The position numbers were made by a program, and so were the translations under genes. A stretch of DNA of 64,000 nt from NCBI GenBank assembly GCA_951406725.2, contig OX597830.1, positions 61,070,001 to 61,134,000 of the forward strand, written 5' to 3'. This stretch comes from Octopus vulgaris. Its lineage: Eukaryota. The notes under the pieces are model-generated. The model was not told the DNA's origin, did no database searches, and worked only from the letters and a program-made list of their open reading frames with translations. Positions 14,511-27,106 of this stretch are shown one piece after another; position 1 is the stretch's first letter; each line of letters begins with the position of its first letter.

Positions 14511-14848
14511 TGTATGTATGTGTGTATGTATGTATGCATGTATGTATGTATGTATGTATGTATGTATGCATGCATGCATGTATGTATGTATGTATGTATG
14601 TATGTATGTATGCATGTATGCATGCATGTATGTATGCATGTATGCATGTATGTATGTATGTATGTATGTATGTATGTATGTATGTATGTATGTATGTATG
14701 TATGTATGTATGTATGTATGTATGTGTGTATGTATGTATGCATGTATGTATGTATGTATGTATGTATGTATGCATGTATGCATGCATGTATGCATGCATG
14801 CATGTATGTATGTATGTATGTATGTATGTATGTATGTATGTGTGTATA
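14455..14848. repeat. (TATG/CATG)n microsatellite
   Basis: Directly visible. Confidence 0.95.
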
Positions 14849-14917
14849 TACCGGAGTAAATGCATAAATGTGAAACAAGGTGGAAAAAAGAGTACTCAAA
14901 AACCAGGGGTAGAGTAA

Positions 14918-15043
14918 TATGCTTTATTTAAAAGCAGCAGAAATTCAACAAAACGTGTCACTCGGAGTTTCACGTTCCCGTTCGTCGTGAACGTGAAACT
15001 CCGAGTAACAGGTTTTGCTGAATTTCTGCTGCTTTTAAATAAA

Positions 15044-15048
<5 letters not shown>
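14918..15048. repeat. Inverted repeat (60-bp arms, 11-nt spacer) built from a hammerhead-bearing element
   Basis: 14918-14977 is the reverse complement of 14989-15048 with about 4 mismatches; minus strand reads CGACGA-acg ggaa cgt-GAAA-ctc c gag-t. Confidence 0.85.
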
Positions 15049-15134
<86 letters not shown>

Positions 15135-15184
15135 TATATATATAATAATAATAATTATGTGTGTGTGTATGTGTGTGGTGAAGA

Positions 15185-15500
15185 AGGCCGTGGTTTACTG
15201 GTTAGGGTATTCGGTTCAAGATCGTAAGTTCGTTAGCGACACACAACGGCGCGGTGTCCTTCTGAAATACTTTATTTTCATTTTGTCCCAATCCATTCAG
15301 CTGGCAAAAATGTGTGCTACCTGTAATTAAAAGTACCAATCATGTCACATCTAGTGTTATGCTGAATCTCTCTGAGTACTACGTCAAGGATATGCGTGTG
15401 TCTACGGAGTGCTCAACCACTTGCGCGTTAATTTCACGAGCTGGCTGTTCTGTTGATCGAATCAACAGGAACCCTCATCATCGTGACCGACGGAGTGCCA
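15185..15500 (+). mobile_element. SINE family C, diverged
   Basis: Homologous to 22987-23305. Confidence 0.75.
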
Positions 15501-15989
15501 GCGTGTGTGTGAGTGTGTGTGTGAGTGTGTGTGTGCGACTCCCTTTCTGTCTTTTCTTTGAAAACCATTGACATCCGAAGTCTTTCGCCATGCTCCCTAA
15601 TATAACCCTTCAACAAACCGAGCGAGACAAGACAAGTGGCAGACAATGAAAACAAGTACTGGGCTCAGTATATCCAACTAAAACCTTTCAATCCAGTGTC
15701 TGTGCTCGACCGCAGTGCAATAACTGAAAGAGATAAAACAATGGAATGAAATAAACATCGTTTCAGTCTTTAGTAAATGCTTGGAGATTAGCTGCTGGAT
15801 TAGTGACTCGACTCATATGACTAGTGCTGTGTTATATCCAAAGCACAGACATGTATCATGTAACATGGTCCTATGCAACCTGGTCACAAACAGTTACTAT
15901 TTGATGTTGTAGTACACCAATGTATGCAGCAAGTGCCACTGTGTTGTTAACAAGTAGTTGATTAGAATAGTATTTAGTTTGATTACTTT

Positions 15990-16213
15990 TATCTTTTATC
16001 TTTTACTCATTTTAGGCATTAGACTGCGGCAATGCTGGAGCAGCACATTGAAGAACTTTTAGTTGAATAAGTCCCTTCCCCCCCAGTCCTTCTTTCTTTC
16101 TGTTTTCTTTAACCCAAGAAATTATTCTATCAGGCTTTTTGCCGAGCTGCTAAGTTACGGGGTCATAAACGAGCCAACGCCGGTTGACAAGCGAAAGTGG
16201 AAGACAAACACTG

Positions 16214-16244
<31 letters not shown>

Positions 16245-16400
16245 ACGGGCTTCTTTCAGTTTCCGTCCACCAAATCCACTCACAAGGTTTTGCTGAGCCC
16301 GAGGCTTTAGTAGAATACACTTTCCCACGGTGTCACTCAATAGGACTGAAACCAGAACCACGTGATTGGGAAGCAAACTTCTTACCACACAGCCACGCCC
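15990..16400 (-). mobile_element. SINE family B
   Basis: Reverse complement of the 1769-2178 type. Confidence 0.8.
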
Positions 16401-17334
16401 TCGCTTATAGATAAATGAGCTTCTCCAAACTCACTAGAATCTAGTAACTAGATAAATACAGCCATGAGTAGGGCCTCTACAGCACATTGTGTTATGGGAT
16501 TTAGCACTGCAATAGTATTTTTATACGTAGAGACAAAGTAATCTACACGAATATTTGAGCTGCAAAAATAGGAGTTACATCTTCTTCAAATCAAACCCTG
16601 TTGACACAACCCCTCCAAAAAACGTAATAACTTATTACATAATGTAGCCCTCGGAACATTATGTAAAACCAAGACGGATAATCGCAGAATATTTTTGATC
16701 AGAGCTAGCCTGGCGGTAAAGAACAAAAACATGCGTTTAAAGATAATGTAGTAAAATGGGTTGTAGACAGAGACTGTTTAAACGAATTAGTAAACGTCAT
16801 TAACATAGCAAATAGTAAGATACCAGCGGGCAAAACAACAAATCAAAGTGGGAACTGAATGTGAGGTTAAAGGGTTAATAAATTCACAGGTAGCGAACAG
16901 TGGCAGTACAAGTTGAAACGGAGGAGAAAATTTCAATTATAATTCTTGATTGAAGATTCATTGAAATTCGCCCGCGAACAAAAAGCTTTGCACTAACGTG
17001 AGCAAAGAGTGCAAAATAAAATTTAAAAAACAGAAGGAAGACCAGGACTTTTACATGAACGTATGCATGTACAGTGATACCAACATACATACACACAGGC
17101 ACACGCACACACTGACACACACACACGCACACACACTCACGTACACACACACACACACACACACACACGTATGCATACACATATGTGTACACATGCACAG
17201 GTAAGTGCATATATATATAGACTCAGAGGCGCTCTTTGAAGCTGCCGGCAGAAAAGACAAATTATTCATCATGAAGCCATCAAAGAAGAAATACGAGCGC
17301 GCACACACATGCATATGTATATGTCTATCTATTC

Positions 17335-17465
<131 letters not shown>

Positions 17466-17737
17466 CATCTATTTATGTATCTATCGAAATTAAGCGAAAT
17501 ACAGAGTTGCCAGTGGCATAAATCTGAACACAGACGAATAAAGGCATATTACATAATATACAACATAAATTCTTGTTTATTTAATTACCTTTGCCTTCAC
17601 AGAAGGTAGTACAATCGTTTGGTGACAATTGGTGCCAAATGTAAATGAGGAGAGGGGAGAGGTAGTCACAAGAACCAAGAATCGCCTCTATGATTCTATC
17701 GAGGAATTGAGAATTCAAGTCAAACTAAAGCACACAC

Positions 17738-17814
<77 letters not shown>

Positions 17815-17819
<5 letters not shown>

Positions 17820-17981
17820 CGGGCTTATTTCACTTTCCGTCTACCAAATCCACTCACAAGGCTTTAATCGGCCCGAGGTTATAAGTAGAAGACATTTGCC
17901 CAAGGTGCCACGCAGTGGGACTAGACTCGGAACCACGTGGTTGAGAAGCAAGCTTCTTACCACACAGCCACGCTTGCGCCT
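17815..17981 (-). mobile_element. SINE family B, 5' half
   Basis: ccaaatccactcacaaggc...accacacagccacgc. Confidence 0.8.
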
Positions 17982-18401
17982 ACATACATATATATACAGA
18001 CCGCCCGAACTCAAGATCTTTAGCGAGACACTGTATGCATGAATGTACCTGATGTGACCCAGACAGCAAAACTGATGCAACCCACCCATTAGGAACAACA
18101 GTAGGACGGGTCAAAACGATCTTCGTACAAAATGAAGATTAATACCAAATCTATCTTCTGTTTCATTAATCGATTATATATATACATAAATAGAAATGTT
18201 ATAATTTCTAAATCTCCCTAAAGGGAGAGATACAGCAGTTGTACTGGGTATTAATATTTATTGCCAAACAAATGTGGCAGTTCAGAGAAATAGGACGAAT
18301 ACTGCTGGACGATCGCCTCTAGCTAGCTATATGGCGCACGAACCTGCGTCCATAAATCTTCGAACAGGAGAGGTCATCAACTTCCCCCTGTGGCTTGGTA
18401 C

Positions 18402-18442
18402 CCACAGACCGGTTTCGGAGTAGTTTCCTCTTATCAATGTGG
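18402..18442 (-). ncRNA. Degenerate minimal type-I hammerhead ribozyme motif
   Basis: ccaca-TTGATAA-gagg aaacta ctcc-GAAA-ccgg-TC-tgtgg: 5-bp stem I, palindromic ACCGGU stem III, GUC site; core differs from CUGAUGA at 2 positions. Confidence 0.65.
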
Positions 18443-19023
18443 AGCAGCCGAGTCCAGCAGGGGTCACCTTTGACCTCTGTTCGAAGGCTTATATATTCAG
18501 CGAAACACATTTACCGATTTTCAAAAATAGAAATGTCATAATTTCTAAATCTCTCTAAAGGACAGATTACAACAGCAGTACTGGGTATTAATATTTATTG
18601 CCAAACTAACGTGGCAGTCCAGAGAAATAGGAAGTCAGCAAGAGGTTGATGACCTCCCCTGTTCGAAGGTTTATGGACGCAGGTTCGTGCGTCATATAGC
18701 TAGCAGCATTCGTCCTATTTCTCTGAACTGCCACATTTGTTTGGCAATAAATATTAATACCCAATACTGCTGCTGTATCTCTCTCTTTAGAGAGATTTAG
18801 AAATTATGACATTTCTATTTTGAAAATCAGTGAATGTGTTTCACTGAATATATATAAAGAAAACCTTAGAACAGAGGACATCGGCGACCCCTGCTGGACT
18901 AGGCTGCTCTACATTAACAAGTGGCAACTATCCCAAAACCGGTCTGTGAGTGCCAAGTCAGAAGGGGAAGTTGATGACCTCTCCTATTCGAAGGATTATG
19001 GACGTAGGTTCGTGTATCATATA

Positions 19024-19263
19024 TATTTCTTTACTACCCACAAGGGGCTAAACACAGAGGAGACAAACAAGGACAGACAAAGGGACTAAGTCGATTACAT
19101 CGACCCTCGACCCCAGTGTGTAACTGGTACTTAATTTATCGACCCCGGAAGGATGAAAGGCAAAGTCGACCTCGGCGGAATTTGAACTCAGAACGTAACG
19201 GCAGACGAAATACGGCTACGCATTTCGCCCGGCGTGCAAACGTTTCTGCCAGCTCGCTGCCTT
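19024..19263 (-). mobile_element. SINE family A, full length, with target-site duplication
   Basis: taggttcgtgtatcatata duplicated at 19005-19023 and 19263-19281. Confidence 0.9.
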
Positions 19264-19326
19264 AGGTTCGTGTATCATATAGCTAGGCTTGTCTCACAGA
19301 GAACGTTTCCGGTTACTTTTGGGTAA

Positions 19327-19394
<68 letters not shown>

Positions 19395-19904
19395 TGTGTA
19401 TGTGTATATATGAGCACTATCGTAATATAGGGTTTTAACTTGTATCCAGAAGCAGAGTTCATTTTATTGTTTCCGCTATGATGCTACATATGTATGGTAT
19501 GTTTTAAAGATACCGAAGATGCAGCGGACTACATTGAATCTGATTTTTTGCCTTCATTTCTTTTATCTTTCTTGCACTTGCTTCTTTGTATATTAAACTA
19601 ATTTGCAGTTTCTGCGAAACTATTTCCTTTCTGAAGTTGATTTAATATCATAATTTTCATTAAAAATTCTATTATTTAATTCTGCAAGTAATTAACAACA
19701 TTATATAAAAATAATACTAACTGAAGCGTTAGTTTAGAGTGAGATGTATTTTTTACGGTAGAAGACGTGAAATGAAAGGAAAAAATGAAAGGAAATGAAA
19801 ATTTGGAAGTGATGTCCTCCTCCTCTCTCTTTTCCTCTTTCCTTCCCTCTCGCTCTACCTCTTCTCTCTCTCCCTTTCCCTCTCTCTCCTCCTCTCTCTC
19901 TCTT

Positions 19905-20150
19905 GACAGCGCGTGGTTTAGTGGTTAGGGTGTTCAGCTCATGGCGGCGCATTGAGCAAGACACTTTATTTCACATGTGCTCCAGTCCACTCAACTGGCA
20001 AGAATGAGGTGTAACTGTAATGCAAAGGGCCTCTTTCGTCACCTCCAGTGTCACGGTGAATCTCTTTGTAGAGTGCTCAGTCACTTGCAAGATAATTTCA
20101 CGAGCAGGCTGATCCGTCGATCGGATCAAATGTGGTAACCAATGAAGAGC
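19905..20150 (+). mobile_element. SINE family C, internally deleted
   Basis: gcgcgtggtttagtggttaggg head; ttgagcaagacactttatttcac. Confidence 0.7.
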
Positions 20151-20447
20151 CGGTTAAATATAATAAGCGAATGATATTCGACCGAAACCAAAGCCGTGTT
20201 AAGGTGAAACCACGCAAACCGAAGGACAGCTTCATTTGAACATTATTTTACAGACATAGTTCGTTTCATTCTTTCTCATTCCTTACTTCTGTAGTTCATA
20301 CAAGGTAAGCCTATTTCTGTTATTTTGCATTCACCGTGTGTATTTTAATACCCTTATTGAATTCTCTCTCTGGACGCCATGATAGATCGTTGGCTCCTAC
20401 ACGCATTTTTTTCTCTCCTTGTTTCTCTCCTTGTTTTTTTCTTTGTA

Positions 20448-20485
20448 TCTTTCTGTCGAAGAGCGTAGGCTCGAAACGTAAAAGA
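20448..20485 (+). ncRNA. Minimal hammerhead-like motif (core CUGUCGA) in short element ~20376-20580
   Basis: tcttt-CTGTCGA-a-gagc gtag gctc-GAAA-cg-TA-aaaga; stems I and II pair fully. Confidence 0.7.
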
Positions 20486-20710
20486 CTTGTTCTATTTCTA
20501 TTCCTGAGCGCTATACTAATACATTTGTTTGTTTGTGCTCCACCTGCCTTCCTCTTTTGTTTATTTTCGTAAACCTTTCCGTTATTAATATATATATATA
20601 TATAGTTAATCCAAACAAGAAAACACAAAAAAAAAAAAAAACACAAAAACGCGAGGACATGGAACAAATAAAGTATTATTGGACGCTCAGGAAAGAAGGA
20701 AAGAAGGAGG

Positions 20711-20745
20711 GTTTAACGTTTCGAGCGGAGCTCTTCGTCGGAAAC
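20711..20745 (-). ncRNA. Minimal hammerhead-like motif (core CCGACGA) in short element ~20605-20815
   Basis: gttt-CCGACGA-a-gagc tcc gctc-GAAA-cg-TT-aaac. Confidence 0.72.
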
Positions 20746-20841
20746 ATAGGAGAAGGAAAGATCCCGAGAAGGGAAGACAGAGGAAAACAAATCGGCAGCG
20801 GTACTCACGAGGTCACATGTGTGTATGTGCGCGTGTGTGTC

Positions 20842-20874
<33 letters not shown>

Positions 20875-22129
20875 ATGTGTGTATATATGTATATATAAGT
20901 TCCGTTAGTGATAATTTGAACTAGTTGAGAGCGTGAGGGGGAGAGAAAGAGAGAGAGAGAGAGACTCACACTCCGCTTCTCATTTATGTATTACATAGAA
21001 TTTCAGTCTTTGCTGGTGCCTCTTCAGCATTCTATGTATGCATGCATTACTGACTATGCTTATGCATGCATACCATGATAGACATACCCTCACATATAAA
21101 CATACATATGCAGTTGGACAGGCGCAGACACACACAACTCACATTCCTCACTAAGATATACATTTGGACCTATCCAATCTTAACTTACATTTGAAGATCC
21201 TTAATAGCTTTCCGGCGTTGGATATATTTCTCGTTTCAATTTCAAGCGTTTCAGTAACCCTACATCTTGACATCTTAGGTCTCTGAAGTTCATCCACCTC
21301 TTGTTCGGCTGTCAAATATCTGGTTCTCCCACTTCACGTTTATTTCCGAATCTGTCAAAAATCTGTTCCCTACCACTTCATGGTCATTTCCGAATAAAAT
21401 ATTTCTGTTTTCCTCTTTGTTTATTTTATTTGTGTAGTATACAAACAGTGACGTACTAAAGCATGTTAGTTTCCGGAGATTTAGGTTTGATTCGCAGTTA
21501 TAGCAATTTCATTTCTTACAAATTTACATGGAATGGCGTGGGCATTAAAACTGGTGGCTTCTACTATCCGATGTAAAATAATTCATCGGCCAATGATGCA
21601 TACTTTTAATTGTGAAAGATTAAACCATTGGTTCATTTAGCCTGCTGGATAAAGCAAGAATCTACAACGTGATTTCACTTTGCATTTGGACTCCTTGAAG
21701 CAAATGGAGGAGAAATTAAGGAACCAAATTATTATTTCCTATTTAAGCACAAAGTAATATATTATTTTATGAAACAAAACTTCCTCATCCAAGAAGGCGA
21801 GGCAATGGTGTAGTTGGAGGGAAATGGGCTGAAAGAGCCACGCCCCCATGCAGGGCTAATTCGTGCAGAGGCAAACTTTAACCCGATCAAAATAAGCAAA
21901 GAAACAGTACGAGGGTTCAGCACACCGAACGTTGGAGTTGAAAAGGATCTTATTGGAGAGCAGCTGGTACTTTGTTAGCATTGCTGTTCTGAAACCACCG
22001 GACGATGTCTGACACCGATGGCACCAAGATGCAGCATCACTGCGATTCATGGTTTTAGATGAGAGTCTGGCAGCTTTGGAACGGGAAGATTGTAAGGTCG
22101 TCCGGCCTCTTGAAATCATCGCTGCCGAA

Positions 22130-22187
<58 letters not shown>

Positions 22188-22200
22188 CATAAATACATAC

Positions 22201-22253
<53 letters not shown>

Positions 22254-22344
22254 TGCATACATATATATGTGTATGTGTGTATGTGTGAGTGTATGTATGA
22301 ATATATACATGTATATGTGTACATACATACATATATATATATAT

Positions 22345-22572
22345 ATTTCTTTACTGCCCACAAGGGGCTAAACATAGAGGGGACAAACAAGGACAGACAT
22401 AGGTATTAAGTTGATTACATCGACCCCAGTGCGTAACTGGTACTTAATTTATCGACCTCGAAAGGATGAAAGGCAAAGTCGACCTCAGCGGAATTTGAAC
22501 TCAGAACGTAACGGCAGACGAAATACCGCTAGGCATTTCGCCCGGCGTGCTAACGTTTCTGCCAGCTCTCCG
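22345..22572 (-). mobile_element. SINE family A, full length
   Basis: Consensus match; gtgtacatacata occurs on both sides. Confidence 0.88.
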
Positions 22573-22597
22573 TGTACATACATATACATAAATATTT

Positions 22598-22965
22598 CAT
22601 TTGTTTAAGTCATTGGATTGCGGCCATACAGGGGCACCACTTTGGAGCGTAGGCCCAACCAGCATGATATTTATTCTATTGGTGTCTTTTGCCGAACTGC
22701 AAACACACCAATTCCGATAATGAAGCGGTGGTGAGGGACAAGCACAAACACAGAGACACACATAAATATGTACACATACACACACTCGCACACACACACA
22801 CACCCGCCTCCGCATACACAGCGGGGTTCTTTCAGTTTCCGTCTGCCAAATCCACTCATAAGGCTTCGGTCGGCCCGGGGCTATAGCAGAAGATACGTGC
22901 CCAAGGTGCCACGCTGTGGGACTGAACTCGGAACCATGTGGTTGAGAAACTAACTTAACACACAG
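22598..22965 (-). mobile_element. SINE family B
   Basis: Consensus match. Confidence 0.8.
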
Positions 22966-22986
22966 TTAAGTTATATATATATAAAA

Positions 22987-23446
<460 letters not shown>

Positions 23447-23579
23447 CAAAACGCCCCCCGTCCAATGGACGGCGCTGAGTTGTCAAACATTTAAACCAAA
23501 TTTTCTCAAAACAACTTGTCCGATCGTCCCATAGGCCTCCCCTTTGAGAAACACTGATTTAACCTAAATTTGAGACACC

Positions 23580-23818
23580 AGCAAAGGAAGAAATACAGGT
23601 AGACTTTTTTTCTATTCCAAGAAAAACGATTTTACAAATGCACGTTTTCACGGCTTTATCGATCTCATTCTCAACTGGAAACGATTTTTGTAATTTTTTC
23701 AAGACTTATACACGCCCTGATATCGTCGGTATCTACATATGAAATTTGAGCGCAATCGGATGGAGAATGCCCGAGATTCTAGAAGACACAGACAGACAGA
23801 CAGAACGGATTTTATATA
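23580..23818 (+). mobile_element. Possible non-autonomous Helitron-like element 3' end
   Basis: gaaatttgagcgcaatcgg...(acag)n...ttttatata layout resembles Lep1-type elements; judged from pattern only. Confidence 0.35.
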
Positions 23819-24499
23819 ATATATATATACATACGTACATACATATATATATATATAAATATGTATATACAAGTACACATACATATATAGATACATACAT
23901 GCATGCATATATATGAGTACATATTACGCATATATATAGCTACAAACAGACACACATGCGCGCGCACACACACACACACATATACGCTTTTGTGTGTGTG
24001 TGTGTTTGTATGTTCGTGTGTGTATGTTTGTGTGTATGTTTTTGTGTATAGGTCTGTGCGTGACCAGAGTATGTAGGAGTACATAAGCGTGCATATAAAT
24101 TTCCGAGTGACTCATGTCTATATGTCTATGTGTTGTAGATTTACACACACGAGATTTTCGTGCCGACGGGGGTTCTAGGCGGGTCAGTTGACATTGGCCG
24201 ACGGTTTTTCAGGGAACTCTTCTCGCCGAATTGAGGCAAAGCAATGTCGCTCTAGTTCTTTTGTTACCTTCCGTTACTTGTAAATATATCATGTACACGA
24301 CATGTACATCTATATACCTGTAACCCATTGAAAAAGTCGCGTGTGTTTGGCACTTCTTACTGAAATATTTGACGAATAGCTTGACAAGGGGCTACATGTC
24401 CCATCTGGCCTCAGCCTGTTGCTTGCTTTTTACATAGGTCTGTGTGTATCGGTGACACTGGCACGAAGAACATTATGTCTGCTCTGCTGTTTCACTATC

Positions 24500-24892
24500 T
24501 AGTTTACTTGTTTCTGTCATTAGACTGCGGTCATGCTGAGGCACCGCCTTGAAAAATTTTTGGTCGAATGAATCAACCTTAATACGTTTTTTAAAGGCCG
24601 TACGTATTCTATTGTCCCTACAAGCCAAACCGCTAAGTAACGGGTAATAAACACACCACCACCGGTTGTCAAGCGGTGGTGGGGAACAAACATAGCAATA
24701 ACGACGCACACACTCTCACACACACACACACACACAACGAGCTTCTTTGAATTTCCGTTTACCAAATTCACTCACATGGCTTTAGTTGAACCGAGGCTAT
24801 AGTAGGAGAAACTTGCCCTAGATGTCACGCACTGGGACTGGACTCGGAACCATGTGGTTCGGAAGCAAACTTGTTACCACACAGCTACGCCT
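24500..24892 (-). mobile_element. SINE family B
   Basis: Consensus match. Confidence 0.8.
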
Positions 24893-25469
24893 GCTTAGAT
24901 TATTTTTATATATTCAGTCGACCAAAATCTTGGAATTCATCGGATTTTATTGGAAGTTATCGGAGTTTAGCAGAACGCAATGTTATCAGAAATATCCGAA
25001 AGTGTTTTAAATCTATGGAAGGCTGATTACCCTGCTTCTTATAGAATGGGTTTGCTATCAGCTGCATTTCCATATCACCATTCATATGATCGTTGAGTTT
25101 AATCATTTACAAGTCATGATATCTTATTCAAACTACTGAACCACCATTGCCTTCACAATAAATGCACATAAAAACATAAACCTCGTCATAGTTAATTGTA
25201 AACAACATATTAACGTATGTGCAGTCAAGCAAGCTCAAACGATACACGCACAGTTATTCATATACACACGCACACATACATACAAATTCCCTATCATATA
25301 TAAACGCAAATATACACATCCATACATGAATAAACAGATAGATACATTGTTGAACAGATAAACAGATAGACAATAGAATAATGGCGTACGGAACGGACAG
25401 TCCGATGAATGGTTACATGCACGTATAAATAGAGGAAACGAACACCTTCCGAAGATTTTTTAAAAATAT

Positions 25470-25674
25470 TTTTACTTGTTTCAGTCATTTGACTGCAGCC
25501 ATGCTGGAGCACCGCCTTTTAGTCGAGCAAATCGACCCCGGGACTTATTCTTTGTAAGCCCAGTACTTATTCTATCGGTTTCTTTTGCCGAACCGCTAAG
25601 TGACGGGGACGTAAACACACCAGCATCGGTTGTCAAGCAATGCTAGGGGGACAAACACAGACACACAAACACAT

Positions 25675-25722
<48 letters not shown>

Positions 25723-25822
25723 GACGGGCTTCTTTCAGTTTCCGCCTACCAAATCCACTCACAAGGCATTGGTCGGCCCGGGGCTATAGCAGAAGACACT
25801 TGCCCAAGATGCCACGCAGTGG
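25470..25822 (-). mobile_element. SINE family B, young, 5'-truncated
   Basis: Near-identical reverse complement of 5158-5508. Confidence 0.88.
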
Positions 25823-25852
25823 GAGTGCATGTGTACATAGATATGTGAGATA

Positions 25853-25945
<93 letters not shown>

Positions 25946-26162
25946 GTGCGTGTGCTGTGTGTATATACTATTATTTATTGATATGCGTATAATTTCCATG
26001 GTATACATATTTTTCAGGTTTTTTTCATTTAAGAGATCGTCCGTTCATTATCATCTTTGTTATAATAAATTTGCCTTTTCGTTTAGTTATGTAATCGGTG
26101 CCATACATTCGCGAAACTGGATAATAACGATGATTTCGGCTTTATGCATAAAACCGGCTATA

Positions 26163-26748
26163 TTCTTTTCTACTCTAGGCACAAGGCCAGCAATTTTGGG
26201 GAGGGGGGGACAGTCGATCAGATCGACATCAGTACGCAACTGGTACTTAATTTATCGACTCCAAAAGGATGAAAGTCAAAGTCGACCTCGGCGGAATTTG
26301 AACTCAGAACGTAACGGCAGACGAAATACCTATTTCTTTACTACCCACAAGGGGCTAAACACAGGGGACGAACAAGGACAGACATAGGTATTAAGTCGAT
26401 TACATCGAACCCCAGTGCGTAACTGGTACTTAAATTATCGACCCCGAAAGGATGAAAGGCAAAGTCGACCTCGGCGGAATTTGAACTCAGAACGTAACGG
26501 CAGACGAAATACCTATTTCTTTACTACCCACAAGGGGCTAAACACAGGGGACGAACAAGGACAGACATAGGTATTAAGTCGATTACATCGACCCCAGTGC
26601 GTAACTGGTACTTAATTTATCGACCCCGAAAGGATGAAAGGTAAAGTCGACCTTGGCGGCGGAATTTGAACTCAGAACGTAACGGCAGATGAAATACCGC
26701 TAAGCATTTTGCCAAGCGTGCTAACGTTTCTGCCAGCTCGCCGCCTTA
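26163..26748 (-). mobile_element. SINE family A trimer (one head, three bodies; period 183)
   Basis: Junction gacgaaatac|ctatttctttac at 26329/30 and 26512/13. Confidence 0.9.
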
Positions 26749-27067
26749 CAAAACCAATAATATTGAGAAGAGAGGTGTCAGTGAACTACATCGAGCTCAG
26801 TACTCGACTGGTACTTATTGAAGGACAATGTTGACCACGACGGAAATTGAACTCAGAACATAAAAAGAGACAGACGAAATGCCGCAAAGCATTTTATCCA
26901 ATACTCATGGCAGTAACAACAATAAACCTCTGGCTCTGGCACATTTCAACGAAATTTCAAGCTCAGACATTAAGTGGAAGCGAAGTTTTAGTGCTGCACA
27001 ATGTGATGGAGCCTGAGATCACATGGCTTGGCAGTGAACTGTTTAACCTCGCAATTATGTCCGTGCT

Positions 27068-27106
<39 letters not shown>

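Larger units (their letters stand above)
18188..19285. mobile_element. Retrozyme-like ~325-337-bp unit in partial tandem, duplicated in inverted orientation
   Basis: aaatagaaatg recurs at 18188 and 18525 (period 337); block 18632-19023 is the reverse complement with period ~323; degenerate hammerheads at 18402-18442 (-) and 18909-18949 (+). Confidence 0.75.

Noticed and set aside
21856-22131. Candidate hedgehog exon 1 or another coding exon
   Set aside because: No frame resembles Hh, and the only acceptor-like AG follows (TA)n without a pyrimidine tract.
26163-26748. CRISPR-like regularly spaced repeats
   Set aside because: Eukaryotic context; the units are 183-bp SINE bodies without unique spacers, and there are no cas genes.
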